DNA of 64,000 nt from an uncultured beta proteobacterium (lineage in GTDB: Bacteria; Pseudomonadota; Gammaproteobacteria; Burkholderiales; SG8-39), in assembly GCA_963782655.1 (NCBI GenBank), contig CAWALA010000012.1, forward strand, positions 9,761 through 73,760. Direction: 5' to 3'. The notes under the pieces were generated by a model. The model did not search any database, was not told the DNA's origin, and saw only the letters and a program-made list of their open reading frames with translations. The translations under genes were made by a program, and so were the position numbers. Positions 26,311 to 36,777 of this stretch are shown here, piece after piece (positions within the stretch are counted from its first letter, which is position 1; each line of letters begins with the position of its first letter).

Positions 26311-28708
26311 TGTCCGCCGGCGGCTCGCCGCGCTGGGTGCGCTCCCACATCGCGACGTAGGCCGCCTCGAGGTGCCGGCGGAAGCGGTCGGTGTCGAACA
26401 GCGGCTTGGTCGCGCGGTTCGCGGCGAGCGTCGCCTTGGTGGCGGCGAGGAATGCGGGGTCGCTGCCCAGGCGCACGGCGAGCGCCACGTACTCCTCCGG
26501 CGTGTTCGTGATCAGCTCGGGCATGCCGATCGCGTGCAGCAGGCTCGCCGGCCATGCGCGCGGCGAAGGCCTCGCCCGAGCGCGTGACCACGGGCACGCC
26601 CGCCCACAGCGCGTCGCTGGCCGTGGTGCCGGCGTTGAAGGGCAGGGTGTCGAGAAACACGTCGGCGAGCGCGAGGCGCGCGAGGTGCTCCGGGTAGGGC
26701 GCACGCGCGGCGCGAACACCAGGCGCTGCGGGTCGATGCCGCGCGCCTGCGCTTCCTTGCGCAGGTTGGCCTGCAGGATCGGGTGCTCGGCGAACAGCCA
26801 GAGCACGCTCCCCGGCACTTCGCGCAGAATCCGCATCCAGCAGATCGAACATGGCCGGCGAAATCTTGGCGCTGTTGTTGAAGCAGCAGTAGATCACGCC
26901 CTCCTGCGGCAGGCCGGCGTCGGCCCGGCTCGGTGCTCGCGACGCTGCGCTGCGCCTGGAGTCATTGCACTGGAAGGTGTCCGGCAGGCGCACCACCTTC
27001 TCGGCGTAGTGGCGCTCCATGCCCGGCGGGATCACGTCGGGCGTCGGCGATGATGTAGTCGTGGAAGCCGGTCCCCGTCGGTGCCCGGATAGCCCAGGTA
27101 GTTGACCTGCACCGGGCAGGGGCGCAGCGCGAAGACTCCCGGGCGCGAGTGCAGCGTCGGGCCCATCAGGTCGACGGCGATGTCGATCTCCTGCTCGCGC
27201 AGCTGGCGCGCGACCTCGGCAGTCGCCCACGTCCTTGACGATGCTGAAGTGCTCGAACGCGTTCCTGGCGCGCGCTGCCCGACGCGGCTCGCGCTCTCCT
27301 CGGTCAGCGAATAGCCGAACACCTCGAAGCGCGAGCGGTCGTGCTGCTCCAGCAGGCCGGCGATGAGGTAGGCCACCGGGTGATCGCGGAAATCCGCCGA
27401 CACGTAGGCCAGCCGGATCCTGCGATTGCGCATAGCGCTCTCCCCGCCATAGCGGCGCCGCCGGCGGCTTCGCAGTAGTGCCCGACATGGATGCGCGCGC
27501 ACGCGCAGCTGGTCTTCCGCCGAGCCCGACATGGCGAGCAGATCGAGCGGTATCGCGGCAAGCTTGCCTGCGCGCACCGCGCGCACCATCTTCTCGATCT
27601 CCGCCTCTACGCCCTCCCAGTTGCAACGGTGCAGCTTGAGCCAGACGATCTGTCCGCGCACGAACGGGATAGTCCTTGTCGATGCGCAGCGCGTCCTCGA
27701 ACGCGATGAGCGCTTCTTCGTCGCGGCCGAAGGGTCCGCAGGACTTCGCCCAGCCTGCAGGACGCCTCGGCATTGTCCGGCTGCAGCGCGAGAACGCGGC
27801 GGAAGCACTTCAGGGCCGCGTCGTGCTGCAGGAACGAGCTGTAGAGCATGGCGCTCCCGTACCAGGCGTCCGCCAGATCGGGATCGAGCGCGAGCGCCTT
27901 GTCGTAGCAGGTCCAGGCCTCGTGGTGGCGCTGAGGCGGCGAGCACGCTGCCCCGATCGCACCAGGCCGCGGCGTTGCCGGGCTGCAGGGCGATCAGCCT
28001 GTCGCTCGTCGCCAGCGCGTCGGCGTGCTTGCCCTGCCGCAGCCTGCGCCTTGCCGAGGTTGAAGAGCGCCGCCGACGTTGTCCGGCTCCTGCGCCAGGG
28101 CCTGCCGGCAATCCGCTTCCGCTTCGGCGAAGCGCTTGAGCGACATCAGCGCGCTGGCGCGGTTGAAGAGGACGTACGGATTGCCGGGGTCGAATGCCAG
28201 CGCCCGGTCGAATCCCTCGCAGCGCTTCGGACGCGCGGCCGAGGAACTGCAGGGCATTGGCGCGGTTGTTGAGCGCCGGCACGTGATCGGGCCTCAGCGC
28301 CACGGCGCGCTCGAGCAGCGGCAGGGCCTCCGCCGCGCGCCCGAATGCGATCAGCGGGTCGCCCAGGACATTCAGCGCATCCACGTGGGCGGGATCGAGG
28401 GCGAGCGCCTGCCGGTAGGCCTCGCAGTGCGGCGTCGGTCCGGCGCAGCGCGCGCAGCAGCTCGCCGCGATGGAAATGCAGTTGCGCGATGCCGGGGTTG
28501 CCGGCACAGCGCGCGATCCACGAGCGCGAGCGCCCCGTCGAACCGTCCGAGCTGCGCGTTCATGACGCTCAACCGATACAGCACTTCGACGTTGCCGCTG
28601 TCGTCACGCAGCGCGGCCTGGTAGAGCCGTTCCGCTTCGGCCAGGTTCGCCGGCCTGGTGCGCGGCCGTCGCGCGCTCGAGGGTGCTGCGCGGGTTGCTC
28701 GCCTGCAT
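26288..28708 (-). CDS. TPR-containing O-GlcNAc transferase/SPINDLY-like glycosyltransferase (GT41), frameshifted
   Basis: Multiple TPR repeats, then RIRLAYVSADFRDHPV, DIAVDLMG, PVQVNYLGYPGT, CCFNNSAKI, DVFLDTLPFNAGTTASDALWAGVPVV. Confidence 0.88.
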
Positions 28709-28718
28709 GCTCAAGCGC

Positions 28719-29102
28719 TCAATGCAGCACGCGCGGCACCGACAGCGTGAACTGCGGGACCGGCGCTTCGAATCTCGTGCCGTCCTCCGCCACCATCTGG
28801 TAGCTGCCGCGCATGGTGCCGACCGGCGTGGCGATCGACGTGCCGCTGGTGTATTCGTAGCTCTCGCCGGGCCGCAGCACCGGCTGCGCGCCCACCACCC
28901 CGAGGCCGCGGACTTCCTGCACCAGCCCTTGCGCGTCGGTGATGATCCAGTGCCGGCTGATGAGCTGCGCGGTGACGCTGCCCGGGTTGCGGATGGTGAT
29001 GGTGTAGGCGAAGACGTAGCGCCCGGCGTTCTCGTCGGACTGGTCGGCGAGGTACTGCGTGGCCGTGCTCACCGCGATGTCGTAGCGCTTCTCCTGGCCC
29101 AT
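28719..29102 (-). CDS. apaG: ApaG (CorD) protein
   Basis: YVFAYTITI, QLISRHWIITD, GLGVVGAQP, YTSG, GTMRGSYQM, PRVLH*. Confidence 0.95.
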   Translation of the reverse strand: MGQEKRYDIAVSTATQYLADQSDENAGRYVFAYTITIRNPGSVTAQLISRHWIITDAQGLVQEVRGLGVVGAQPVLRPGESYEYTSGTSIATPVGTMRGSYQMVAEDGTRFEAPVPQFTLSVPRVLH

Positions 29103-29127
29103 GCGCGCATTGTAAACTCGCAACGCC

Positions 29128-29789
29128 ATGACGTTCCGCATCGCGCCCAGCATCCTGTCGGCGGATTTCGCCCGGCTGGGCGAGGAGGTGCGCGCGGTGG
29201 AGGCGGCCGGCGCCGACTTGCTGCATTTCGACGTCATGGACAATCACTACGTGCCGAACCTCACCGTCGGGCCGCTGGTGTGCGCGGCGCTCAGGCCCCA
29301 CGTGCGCATGCCGATCGACGTGCACCTGATGGTGAAGCCGGTGGACCGCATCATTGCCGGATTTCGCCAAGGCGGGCGCGAGCATCATCAGCTTCCATCC
29401 CGAGGCGTCCGCTCATGTCGATCGCACCATCGGCCTGATCAAGGAGCAGGGCTGCAAGGCCGGCCTCGTGCTCAATCCGGCCACGCCGCTTGATTGCCTT
29501 GACTACACGCTGGACAAGCTCGACCTGGTGCTGCTGATGTCGGTGAACCCCGGCTTCGGCGGCCAGCAGTTCATCCGCGCGGTGCTGCCCAAGATCGCGG
29601 AGGTGCGCAAGCGCATCGACCAGCTCGGCCGCGACATCTGGCTGGAGGTGGACGGCGGCGTCAAGCTGGACAACATCGCCGAGATCGCAGCGGCCGGCGC
29701 CGACACCTTCGTCGCCGGCTCGGCGATTTTCGGCGCCAAGGACTACGCGGCGACGCATCCGCGACATGCGCGCGCGCCTGGTGGTATAG
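29128..29789 (+). CDS. rpe: ribulose-phosphate 3-epimerase
   Basis: [55 protein letters not shown]. Confidence 0.96.
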
Positions 29790-29790
29790 T
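29782..29790 (+). promoter_or_regulatory. extended -10 promoter (TGgTATAGT) of the trp leader
   Basis: TG-n-TATAGT overlapping the rpe stop, 10 nt upstream of the leader GTG. Confidence 0.6.
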
Positions 29791-29800
29791 TCCCGTCGCT

Positions 29801-29866
29801 GTGACCCACACATCCATCCGCACCGAGAACCTCCGCTGGCAGAGCTGGCGCCGCTGGCGCCGCTAA
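29801..29866 (+). CDS. trpL: tryptophan leader peptide (21 aa)
   Basis: GTG...TAA = [21 protein letters not shown]; three TGG codons directly upstream of trpE. Confidence 0.8.
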   Translation: MTHTSIRTENLRWQSWRRWRR

Positions 29867-29953
29867 TCACTCGCGCGCCCCGTGCGGCTCGGCGGCGCGT
29901 TTCTCCCAGGCCGCGACGCAGTTCCCCAAGGCAGTAGCAGCGGAGACCGTTTC

Positions 29954-31446
29954 ATGGACGAGCTCGAGTTCCAGCAACTCGCGCAGCAAGGCTATACGCG
30001 CATCCCGGTGTTGGCGGAGGCGCGCGCCGACCTCTACACGCCGCTCGCGGTGTACCTGAAGCTCGCCGGCGGCCCCTACAGCTACCTGCTCGAATCGGTG
30101 GTCGGCGGCGAGCGCTTCGGGCGCTATTCCTTCATCGGCCTGCCGTGCGCCGAGCGCATCGAAGCGCGCGGCGACCACGGTGCGCCGCCTGCTGCGCGAC
30201 GCGCGCGGCGCCGATGTCTGCCTGGAGGAAGTGCAGGGCGACCCGTTCGAGTACGTGCGCGCCTACCTCAAGCGCGACCGCGTGGCGCCCGCGCCGGGCG
30301 CGCTCAAGTTCCCGGGCGGCCTCGCCGGCTACTTCGGCTACGAGACGGTGCGCCACGTCGAGCCACGTGCGCTCGGCGGCGCCAAGCCCGATGCGCTCGG
30401 CACGCCGGACATGCTGCTGCTCGTCTCGGACGAGCTGGCGGTGGTGGACAACGTGCTCGGCAAGCTGCACCTGGTGGTGTATGCCGATCCGCGCCAGCCG
30501 GATGCCTGGCGCGTGGCGCGCGAGCGGCTCGAGCGCCTGCGCGCGCGCCTCGCCGCGCCGCTGCCGGAGAGCCTGGTGCTCGCGCAGCCGCGCGAGGAGG
30601 CGGCGCCGGCGCCGCTCGCCTGCTCGTTCACGGAAGCCGATTTCCTCGCCGCGGTGCGCACGGCGAAGGAGTACGTCTACGCCGGCGACTGCATGCAGGT
30701 GCAGGTGTCGCAGCGCACGACGCGCGAGTTCCGCGCGCCGCCGGTCACGCTGTACCGCGCGCTGCGCGCGCTCAACCCTTCGCCCTACATGTTCTATTTC
30801 GATTTCGGCGACCACCAGGTGATCGGCGCCTCGCCCGAGATCATGGTGCGCGTCGCGGGCGACAGGATCACCCTGCGGCCGATCGCGGGCACGCGCCCGC
30901 GCGGCGCGACGCCGCAGGACGACGCGCGCATCGCCGAGGAGCTGCTCGCCGACCCGAAGGAGCGCGCCGAGCACGTGATGCTGATCGACCTCGGGCGCAA
31001 CGACGTCGGCCGCGTCGCCGCCATCGGCAGCGTGCAGGTGACCGAGAAGATGGTGGTCGAGCGCTACTCCCACGTCATGCACATCGTCTCCAACGTCGAG
31101 GGGCGCTGCGCCCCGGGCGTGGATGCGCTCGACGTGTTCAAGGCCAGCTTCCCGGCGGGGACCGTGACTGGCGCGCCCAAGGTGCGCGCGATGCAGATCA
31201 TCGACGAGCTCGAGCCGGTGAAGCGCGGCGTCTACAGCGGGGCGGTGGGCTACCTCGGCTTCAATGGCGACATGGACGTGGCGATCGCCATCCGCACCGC
31301 GGTGGTGAAGGACGGCAAGCTGCACGTGCAGGCCGCCGCCGGGGTGGTGGCGGACTCCGACCCGCAGTCCGAGTGGCAGGAGACGCAGCACAAGGCGCGC
31401 GCCATCCTCAGGGCGGCGGAGCTGGCCGCCGGCGGAGGCGCCATGA
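29954..31446 (+). CDS. trpE: anthranilate synthase component I
   Basis: [78 protein letters not shown]. Confidence 0.96.
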
Positions 31447-32017
31447 TCCTGGTGCTCGACAACTACGATTCCTTCACCTACAACCTGGTCCAGTACCTGG
31501 GGGAGCTGGGCGCCGAGGTGAAAGTGGTACGCAACGACGAGGTCGAGCGTGGACGAGGTCGCGCGCATGCGGCCGGAGCGCATCGTGATCTCGCCGGGGC
31601 CCTGCACGCCGAACGAGGCGGGCATCTCGCTCGAGCTCATCCGCGCGGCTCGCCGGCAAGGTGCCGATCCTCGGCGTGTGCCTCGGCCACCAGGCGATCG
31701 GCCAGGCCTTCGGCGGCAAGGTGGTGCGCGCGCAGCAGGTGATGCACGGCAAGGTGTCGCACATCCGCCACGACGGCGCGCGGGGTGTTCGCGGGCGTGC
31801 CGCAGGACTTCACGCCACGCGCTACCACTCGCTGGCGGTGGAGCGCGCCAGCCTGCCGACGGCGCTCGAAGTGACGGCGAGCTCCGAGGATGGCGAGATC
31901 ATGGGCCTGCGGCACCGCGAGCTGGCGGTCGAGGGCGTGCAGTTCCATCCGGAGGCCCTGCTCACCGAGCACGGCCACAAGATGCTGGAGAATTTCCTCA
32001 AGGGGAGAATGCAATGA
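31443..32017 (+). CDS. trpG: anthranilate synthase glutamine amidotransferase component II
   Basis: [41 protein letters not shown]. Confidence 0.95.
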
Positions 32018-33055
32018 AGCAGATCACGATCGCGGAGGCGATCCAGCGCACGGTCGAGCATCGCGAGGTGTTCCACGACGAGATGCTGCACATCATGCGC
32101 CAGATCATGCGCGGCGAGCTGACGCCGGCGCAGATCGGCGGCTTCGTCGTCGGCCTGCGCGTGAAGAAGGAAACCATCGGCGAGATCGCGGCGGCGGCGC
32201 AGGTGATGCGCGAGTTCGCCACGCCGGTCAGGGTCGCGGACGCGAGCCGCCTGGTGGACACCTGCGGCACCGGTGGCGACGCCGCGCACACCTTCAACGT
32301 CTCCACGGCATCGGCGTTCGTCGCCGCGGCGGCCGGGGCGCGGGTCGCCAAGCACATGGGGCGCTCGGTGTCCTCGTCCTCGGGCAGCGCCGAGGTGCTC
32401 GAGGCGCTCGGCGCGCACATCGCCATGACGCCGGAACAGACGGGCGAGGCGATCGAGAAGGTGGGCATCGGCTTCATGTTCGCGCCGGCGCACCACGCGG
32501 CGATGAAGTACGCCGCCCCGGTGAGGAAGGAGCTCGGCGTGCGCACGCTCTTCAATATCCTGGGCCCGCTCACCAACCCGGCGGGCGCGCCCAACCAGGT
32601 GATGGGCGTGTTCCACCCGGACCTGGTCGGCATCCAGGTGCGCGTGCTGCAGCGCCTGGGCTCCAAGCACGTGATGACCGTCTACGGGCTGGAAGGCCTG
32701 GACGAGATCTCGATCTCCGGCGAGACCCTGGTGGGCGAGCTGGTGAACGGCGAGATCAACGAATACACCATTCATCCGCAGCAGTTCGGCGTCGAGCTCT
32801 ATGACCGGCGGGCGATCCAGGTGAACACGGTGGAGGAGTCCAGGCAGATGATCCAGGCGGTGCTGGAGAACCAGCCCGGGCCGGCGCTGAACATCGTGCT
32901 GCTCAACGCCGGCGCCTCGATCTACGTCTCCGGGGTGGCCGGCACACTGCAGGCCGGCATCGACCGCGCGCGCCGCGTCATCGCGAAAGGCGAGGCGAAG
33001 CAGAAGCTGGACGACTTTGTCGCCTTCACCCAGCGCTGCAAGGGCCAAGGGCTGA
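32014..33055 (+). CDS. trpD: anthranilate phosphoribosyltransferase
   Basis: [43 protein letters not shown]. Confidence 0.96.
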
Positions 33056-33059
33056 GCGG

Positions 33060-33847
33060 ATGTCCGACATCCTGCGCCGCATCCTCGCGACCAAGCGGCC
33101 GAGATCGAGGCGGCCCGGGCGAGCGTGCCGCTGGCGGAGATGGAGCGCCGCGCGCGCGCGGCGGCGGCGCCGCGGGATTTCGCAGGCGCGCTGCGCGCGA
33201 AGATCGCGGCCGGCAGGCCCGCGGTCATCGCCGAGATCAAGCGCGCGAGCCCTTCCAAGGGCCTGCTGCGCGATCCGTTCGAGCCGGCGGCGATCGCGCG
33301 CAGCTATGCCGCGGCGGGCGCAGCCTGCCTCTCGGTGCTGACCGACCGCGAGTATTTTCAGGGCGCGCCGGAGCACCTGGTCGAGGCGCGCGCCGCCTGC
33401 GCGCTGCCGGTGCTGCGCAAGGATTTCGTGGTCGAGCCCTACCAGGTGTACGAGGCGCGCGCGCTGGGCGCCGATTGCATCCTGCTCATCGCCGCCGCCC
33501 TGTCGGCGGGCGACATGCGCGGGCTGGAAGGCATCGCGCACGAGCTCGGCATGGCGGTGCTGGTCGAAGTGCACGACGCCGCAGAGCTGGAGTCAGCGCT
33601 TACCCTGCGCACGCCGCTGCTCGGCATCAACAACCGCGACCTGCGCAGTTTCGAGACGCGCCTGGAGACCACGCTCGGGCTGCTGCCGCGCGTGCCCCGG
33701 GAGAAGCTGGTGATCACGGAGAGCGGAATCCTGGCGCCGCAGGATGTGAGACGCATGCAGGCTGCCGGGGTAGCCGCATTCCTGGTCGGGGAAGCGTTCA
33801 TGCGCTCCCCGGAGCCAGGCAAGGCTTTGATTTCGCTATTTAATTAG
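33060..33847 (+). CDS. trpC: indole-3-glycerol phosphate synthase
   Basis: [41 protein letters not shown]. Confidence 0.96.
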
Positions 33848-34047
33848 TCCTGGAAGCGATGAAAAAGGGCGCCATGCGCGATTGTTGCGCTTTTGCAACG
33901 AATTGCGCTGCAACAAGAGAAATATTCGGCTCCTGCGTTGCTGGCGCGAGACGCCGCTTGGGCAGAATCTCACCTAACTTCTCAGCATTGAGAGGTTGGT
34001 CGGGCATTCCTAGGATGCCCGGTGTTCAATCAACGGGAGACACTTGC

Positions 34048-35214
34048 ATGAACAAGAAACTTCTTGCAGTAGCAGTGGCAAGCGCTCTCGCTGTTCCCGT
34101 CACTGCGTCCGCGCAGGTGACGATCAGCGGGATTTTCAAGGTCGGCATCAGCAACATCTCGATGGGCGGCACGGTGACCCCAGGCCGCGCGAACGACAGC
34201 CAGTTGCGCGTGGATGACAACTCGTCGCGCATTCTGTTCAACGTGACGGAAGACCTCGGTGGCGGCCTCGCCGCGATCGGCCAGTTGGACCTGCGCTTCG
34301 CGCCGGACCAGGCGGGCAGCGCGCCCGTCCAGCAACCCGATCGGCTCGGGCAACACCTACGTCGGTCTGCGCAGCACCAGCTGGGGCACGATCAGCCTCG
34401 GCCGTTGGGACCTGCACTACGGCAACCAGCCGGACGACATTGCTAGCAAGGCCGGCGCGCTGATGGCTGCGTCCGTGTCGCTGATGGACTTTCAGTTGAA
34501 CGGCACCGGCACCGCCGCAACGGTTGCGGTCGCCAACGCGACGCGTACGGCGAACGTCATCAAGTGGGATTCGCCGAACTGGGGCGGCTTTGCCCTTACT
34601 GCCGCGTATTCGACCAGCCCGCTGGCTGCTTCGTCCGAAGGTGACATGTCGGTCACTACCGCAGGCTCGAAGACCGATAGCGGCGACGGCATGAACCTCA
34701 AAGCCACGTTCACCGGGTCCAACTGGCAGATCGGCGGCAGCATGTGGGACGCGAAGGCCGAGGCCGCTACCGCCGCTGACATCGCCTTGGGAGCAAAGCT
34801 CGCAGGCGTTCTGGGGCTACATCCGCTTCGGCGGCTTCAAGGTCGGCGCGGCGCTGAACCAGGCCACGCTGACGAACAGCGCCGGCGTTGACAGTTCCGA
34901 CCGCCAGGTCATTACGGTCCCGGTCAGCTACACGACCGGCGCGCATAACTTCTATGCGCACTACACGATGGCGGACTCGGACAAAGCGGCGCAGTTCACG
35001 GGCCTCGACACGAAGGCCAAGATGATCGCCGTGGCCTATGTGTATGACATGTCCAAGCGTACCTCGGTCGGCATTACTTACGCGGCAGATCGACAACGAT
35101 GCGGCAGCCAACTACAACTTCTTTACTGGCACGTCGCTCGGCTCTCCCGACGCCGCTACGGGGCGCGGGGAAGATCCGACGCTCATCCAGTTCACGCTGC
35201 GTCACGCGTTCTAA
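34048..35214 (+). CDS. major outer-membrane trimeric porin (Gram-negative porin family)
   Basis: [15 protein letters not shown] signal, [16 protein letters not shown]-terminal LRHAF*; codon style of a highly expressed gene. Confidence 0.92.
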
Positions 35215-35240
35215 GACGCGTTTCACAGTCAGTCGTTTTG

Positions 35241-35271
35241 AAACGGGCGTCGCAAGACGCCCGTTTTTTTT
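35241..35271 (+). terminator. intrinsic terminator of the porin gene
   Basis: AAACGGGCGTC-GCAA-GACGCCCGTTT followed by a T run. Confidence 0.9.
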
Positions 35272-35353
35272 CTGCAGTCAGGTTGCGATCATGACGCGAG
35301 CGCGGCGGGCGCCTCCTTTACATGCCCGGGCCGGACCTGAAATGATGCGGTCC

Positions 35354-35998
35354 ATGCACCGGGGCCAGGCCTTGGACGCCATCGATCGCGCGATCGTCGA
35401 ACTCGATCGGGCGTTGCGCACCGTGGCGGGAGTGCACGCGGCGCGCCGCGCGTCGCCCGCAGACGCTGTGCCGGAAGCGGATCTCGATGCGGTCGAGCGC
35501 GAGCACGCGGCGGCGCTGATGCGCGTGAACCACGTGGGCGAAGTCTGCGCGCAGGCGCTCTACCAGGGACAGGCGCTGACCGCGCGAAACGATGCGGTCC
35601 GGTCTTCCCTCGAGCAGGCCGCGCAGGAGGAAGAGGACCATCTCGCGTGGAGCGCGGACCGTATCCGCGAGCTCGGCGGCCGCGCGAGCCTGCTCAATCC
35701 CCTCTGGTACGCCGGAGCGCTGGCGATGGGCATGGCCGCGGGGGCGCTGGGCGACCGCTGGAATCTGGCGTTTCTCGCCGAAACCGAGCACCAGGTCGAG
35801 GAGCATCTCGGCGGGCATCTCGAGCGGCTGGCACCGGAGGATGCGCGCACGCGCGCAGTCGTCGAGGCGATGCGCGCGGACGAGGCGCGCCATCGTGAAA
35901 CTGCGGTCGCTCTCGGCGCGGCGGAGCTGCCCTCGCCGGCGAAGGCCGCGATGCGCGCGCTGGCGAAGGTTATGACCGCCGTCGCCTATCGCCTCTAG
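35354..35998 (+). CDS. coq7: demethoxyubiquinone hydroxylase (di-iron Coq7)
   Basis: [49 protein letters not shown]. Confidence 0.94.
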   Translation: MHRGQALDAIDRAIVELDRALRTVAGVHAARRASPADAVPEADLDAVEREHAAALMRVNHVGEVCAQALYQGQALTARNDAVRSSLEQAAQEEEDHLAWSADRIRELGGRASLLNPLWYAGALAMGMAAGALGDRWNLAFLAETEHQVEEHLGGHLERLAPEDARTRAVVEAMRADEARHRETAVALGAAELPSPAKAAMRALAKVMTAVAYRL

Positions 35999-36005
35999 GG
36001 ACCGC

Positions 36006-36426
36006 CTAGGCTTCGACGATCTCGAGCTCGCGGGTGATCTGCGCCGTCTTCTCCAGGATGGCGGTGGCGGAGCAGTACTTCTCGTGCGACAGGCGCACGG
36101 CCTGCTCGACGACATTGCTTCTTCAGGTTCCTGCCGCGCACCGTGAAACGGTAGTGGATGCGCGTGAACACCTTGGGGTCGGTACTCGCGCGCTCCGCCT
36201 CCAGGCGCACGTCGCAGCCGGTGACGTCCTGTCCGCTCTTCTTCAGGATCACGACCACGTCGTAGGCGGTGCAGCCGCCCGCGCCCGCCAGTACGGTTTC
36301 CATCGGCCGCGGCGCGAGATTGCGGCCGCCGCCGTCGGGCGCGCCATCCATGGTGATGAGGTGATTGCTGCCGGTTTCGGCAAAGAAGGTCATGCCGGTG
36401 CCGGACCAGCGGACGGTACATTCCAT
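36006..36426 (-). CDS. OsmC-family protein (YhfA-like)
   Basis: MDGAPDGGGRNLAPRPME, GGCTAYDVV, LSHEKYCSA (after an indel). Confidence 0.9.
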
Positions 36427-36576
36427 CGAGTTTCTCCGCAGAATCAGTGAGTTGTGCTGTGCAGCAGGAACCTTCCTACGATTCCGACCTGATCGTCGGC
36501 TCGTTCAACAAAACTATATTCAAATCATGCGAATGGATGTTATCAGGTCGGTCACGCGAAACGGTCGGATAGTCTG

Positions 36577-36605
36577 TTGCAATGCAACATGCTTTCCGGC
36601 AAAAT
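36577..36605 (+). promoter_or_regulatory. sigma70-like promoter for the sRNA
   Basis: TTGCAA-17 nt-CAAAAT. Confidence 0.6.
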
Positions 36606-36611
36606 GCAGCC

Positions 36612-36706
36612 CAGTGGAGCGGCCATTTCGGCGCTCGGCAGTTTGTCTCCTCCACCCTCCTCCTTTGGTGGATTCAGCGCAACTCCTCGGAGTTGCGCTT
36701 TTTTTT
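36612..36706 (+). ncRNA. CU-rich small RNA resembling the Betaproteobacteria toxic sRNA family (5' end approximate)
   Basis: TTGTCTCCTCCACCCTCCTCCTTTGGTGGA followed by terminator AGCGCAACTC-CTCG-GAGTTGCGCT and a T run, in the osmC-rplM spacer; family recognised from memory, not searched. Confidence 0.8.
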
Positions 36707-36721
36707 CGTTGCAACAAGGGT

Positions 36722-36750
36722 TTGACGATGTTCCCCGGGTCCCATAGAAT
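36722..36750 (+). promoter_or_regulatory. sigma70 promoter of rplM-rpsI
   Basis: TTGACG-17 nt-TAGAAT with a GC-rich discriminator. Confidence 0.8.
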
Positions 36751-36777
36751 CCGCGCCTTTTCTCGAACAGCAGGCTC

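Noticed and set aside
23325-27773. 1482-aa ORF on the minus strand
   Set aside because: Chimera of off-frame GT41, part of mltA and the antisense of dsbC/ubi; a stop-poor GC-rich shadow frame.
29835-29863. GCTGGCGCCGCTGGCGCCGC as a tandem or CRISPR-like repeat
   Set aside because: Only two 9-nt units encoding WRR-WRR in the leader peptide; no spacers or cas genes.
29354-29866. Rpe with a Trp/Arg-rich C-terminal extension
   Set aside because: An indel near 29755 shifts the frame; rpe ends at TAG 29787-29789 and the extension is the separate leader peptide.
33848-35240. Lower-GC stretch as horizontally acquired DNA
   Set aside because: Explained by an AT-richer regulatory spacer and the codon style of a highly expressed porin.
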